From NCBI RefSeq assembly GCF_025526975.1, contig NW_026515676.1, forward strand, positions 558,001 through 622,000: a stretch of 64,000 bases of DNA, read 5' to 3'. This document shows, piece after piece, positions 60,662 to 64,000 of the stretch. Each line of letters opens with the position of its first letter. Within the stretch, counting starts at the first letter, position 1. Position numbers and translations under genes: made by a program. The notes below the pieces were generated by a model. The model made no database searches. It saw only the letters and a list, made by a program, of their open reading frames with translations, and had not been told where the DNA came from. Source of the DNA: Fimicolochytrium jonesii. Its lineage: Eukaryota.

Positions 60662-63600
60662 TGTTATGATCTCGATGACGGAGGCGGAAGCGAAGTAGAG
60701 AAGACAGGGCGAGAGTGATAGGCGACAAGAGATTGTATTGGCGAAACAAGAAACAAGGACTAGAACAGGAGATGAGAAGAACTGGTGTTGATCTGCTGGG
60801 GAGGAAGGGAATGGACGAAGAGAGGCCGGCTATTTATAGATAGGCAACCCAGCAGATCAGAGAACAACAACAACAAGAGGGGACTGGGGGGGCGCCAGCT
60901 ATGCTCCTAGAGCGTGCGTGGCGAGCGTAGAGAGCATTGCTACAGCTGCTGGCTATGGGGAAGTAGTGGGGGGTGTGGAGAAGCCGAGGGGGGATTGGCA
61001 AAATGAGAGGAGAGAGGAGGAGTGGCGATATTGCGGGTGGATTGGCGAAATGAGAGGAGAGAGGGGGAGTGGCATTGACATTGACATTGACACTGACATT
61101 GACACTGACATTGACATTGACATTGGGGTTTGACATTTGGCGGTTGACATTGGCGGCTGTCAGTAGGTAAGCTTATGGTATGGGCGCGTCGTCCATAACA
61201 TCACCCCTCTCTTTAGCGGCGGCGGCGGCGGCGTCGAGTTTGGTGTGGCCGCAGAGGAGGTGCTACGGGGACAGAGGAAGGCTTGTTGGGATACGCGCTG
61301 TGGAAGTCCTGGAGGAGTGCGTCGGTATGGGTGAGGTGTTCCACGGGCTCCCAGTTGTTCTCAGAGTCAGGCCAGCCCTGCCATTTGACCAAGTACTGAA
61401 GGCGACGACAATGGATGCGAGAGTCAAGGATGGCTTTGACAACCCACTCTTCTTGACCCTCAACGGTCTCTGGGGGCGCGGGTTTGGGTTCGTGTCGTTC
61501 GGGGATGGTGAAGAGGGGTTCGAGGAGCGAGACATGGAAGACATCGTGGATTTTGTACGTAGGCGGGAGCTTGAGCCGGTAGGCGACGGGATTCATTTTT
61601 TCAACAATGGGGAATGGCCCAATCTTACGATGGTCGAGTTTCTGAGAGGGTCGGGTTGTCTGGAGGTTTTTGCGGAGGAGCCAGACGTGGTCGCCAGGCT
61701 TGAAGTCCGGTCCAGGAATTTGTTTGGCGTCGGCGTAGCGCTTCATTTGATCTTGGGCTTCCTTGAGCTCGAGGGCGAGCTGTTTATGGACTTCCCTGAT
61801 TTGTTTAGCGCGGGCTTCAGCGGCGGGGTTGACGGATTCGGAGGTAGCAGAGGCCGCGAAACTGAAGCGGGGGTGGAGACCCTTGTTGGCGTAGAAGGGG
61901 GTGGTCTGGGAGGCGGACTGATGGGTGTTGTTGTAGGCGAACTTGGCGGACGACCGAAGCTGTTTCCAGTTGTCCTGTTGGTGGTTGCGAAAGCATCGGA
62001 GATACTGCTCCAGGATCTGGTTGGTGCGTTCCGTCTGGCCATCGCTCTGGGGGTGGAAGGCCGAGGAGAGGTTGGCTTTTGCCCCAAGGAGTTCGAGAAG
62101 TCGACGCCAGAACCGGGACTTAAACTGGGGTCCTCGGTCAGAGATGACATCGTCGGGGAGGCCGTGGAGACGGATGATGTTGTGGAAGACTAGGTCGGCG
62201 GTGGATTCGGCGGATTCTGACTCGCTGCAGGCGATGAAGTGGGCCATCTTGGTGAGGCGACAGTTGACGTTCAGGATGGAGTCGTACCCGTCCACGGGAG
62301 GCAGACCGGTGATAAAGTCCAGGGACCAAGATCCCCAAGGGCGGGTAGGGATACTGTTGGGCTGGAGTAGGCCGTATGGTTTGTGTCGACTGGATTTGGC
62401 TTGGCTACAGGTATCGCAGGACTTGACGTAGGCCTTGACGAAGCGTCACTGGCTGGGCCACCAGTAGTTGCGGGAGGCGAGTTCGAGCGTCTTGGACATC
62501 CCAAAGTGGCCGGCTAGGGGAGTATCAGGCATGTCGTGGCAGACTTCAGCTCGGAGCTCGTTGGTGGGGACATAGACCAGGGTATCGTGCAGCATGATCC
62601 CATCTTCATCTGAGAACCGCTTGATACGATCTTGGGTTTCCTCAGTTCGTTGGGCGAGGGGTATCTTGAGCTTTTCGCGAATGGTGTTAGCGAGGGGATC
62701 AGAGAGCTGGGCGGCCTTAATCTTGTCAAGCAGCGTGGTATCCATGGGTGTGAGGTAGGCACCCGCGAGTCGAAGGCGTTCGGGAGTCAAAATTGTGGTT
62801 GCCTGGGAGCGGACTGCTTCTTCCCCCTCTTTGAACTCATGTTTGGAGCGTCAGGAGAGGGCATCGGCTTGGTGCTGCTGGGAACCGGGGCGATAGGTAA
62901 TGACAAAGTCAATATCCGAGAAGAATATCGACCAGCGGGCTTGGCGGCGGTTCAGGGTGCGGGTGGTCATGAAGTACTCAAGGTTTTTGTGGTCGGAGTA
63001 AACAGTGATCTTGTGACGGGCGCCAATGAGATGGTGGCGCCACTGAGCAAAGGAGTCTTGGATGGCCAGAAGTTCCTTGTCGTAGATCTTGTAGTTGATC
63101 TCTTCGGCCGTGAATTTGCGAGAGTGGAAGGCCACGGGGTGGAGCTGATTGTCCTGGTCAGGTTGGAGGAGAACTGCGCCAAGAGCGAAGTCGGAGGCGT
63201 CAGTTTCGACAACGAAGGGCTTCTCTGGGTCAGGGTGAGCAAGGATGGGGGCGGTGGTGAATGCTCTCTTCAGGTTCTCGAAGGCGGTGTTTGCGGCGGG
63301 TGTCCAGGCGTACGGGATGTCTTTCCGGGTCAGGGCTGTGAGCGGGGTAGCGATCTTGGAATAACCTTGGATGAAGCGGCCGATAGAAGTTGGCAAAGCC
63401 GAGGAACCGCTGGACGCCTTTGACATTCTTGGGAGGTTCCCAATCCGTGATGGCAGCGATCTTCTTGGGGTCCATCTGGATGCCTTTCTTGGAGATGATG
63501 AAGCCTAGGAACTCAATGGATTCGCGGTTGAATTCGCACTTCTCTGGTTTGGCGTACAACCCATGCTGTCGGAGGCGGGACAAGACTTCGCGGACATGTT

Positions 63601-64000
63601 TGGGGTGGTCTTTGGGGTTCTTGGAGAATATCAGGATATCCTCGAGGTAGACGACAACAAACACATCGAGAATGTCGCGGAAGATGTCGTTCATCAGGTA
63701 CTGGAAGACGCCAGGAGCATTGCTGAGTCCAAAGGGCATGACATTGTATTCGAATAGGCCGTAGCGGCAGCGGAAGGCGGTCTTCCATTCATCGCCCGGG
63801 CGCATGCGTAAGAGGTTATAAGCGCCGCGGAGGTCGATCTTGGTGAGACGGCGGGCGCCGCGCAAACAATCCATGAAACCGTTGATCAGGGGCAGGGGGT
63901 AGCGAGTCTTCACCGTGATGCTGTTCAGGCCTCGATAATCGACGCAGAGGCGGAGAGAACCGTCCTTTTTCTTCACGAATAAGACTGGCGCACCGGCAGG
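60662..64000 (-). mobile_element. Family A copy A4 (3' LTR 60662-61200), running off the window end
   Basis: LTR, PPT, chromodomain-integrase ORF 61213-62295, RNase H and RT remnants (YLED); left flank GAAAC. Confidence 0.95.

Noticed and set aside
25748..64000. RIP-type hypermutation of the repeats
   Set aside because: Copies remain GC-rich with long ORFs; the differences seen are mainly at CpG rather than CpA to TpA.

Overview
Eukaryotic genomic DNA with short GT-AG introns, most likely from a flagellated early-diverging fungus (chytrid-like; inferred from CFAP97-domain and SAS-6-like genes alongside fungal-type housekeeping genes). Bases 1 to ~25,500 are gene-dense: a protein with two SAS-6-like head domains, PARP, a PH-domain protein, PP2C, a CFAP97-domain protein, ubiquitin-S27a, an F-box protein, SCS7/FA2H and a GT14 glycosyltransferase. 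From 25,748 to the window end there are no host genes, only a nested, recombined and partly tandem-duplicated pile of LTR retrotransposons. Four Ty3/gypsy chromovirus families (labelled A, B, D, E here) all lie on the minus strand. One unusual Ty1/copia element (55240-59645) combines a half-tRNA-iMet PBS, TSD-defined TG...GT termini, a gypsy-type Gag, a chromodomain after integrase and an antisense ORF. Families A and B show a Tf1-like self-priming PBS and a -1 frameshift signal. TSD and LTR pairing indicate the cluster also grows by unequal recombination (about 15-kb unit), consistent with centromeric or pericentromeric heterochromatin. All calls are by eye; no searches were run, and some 1-bp indels may be sequencing errors.
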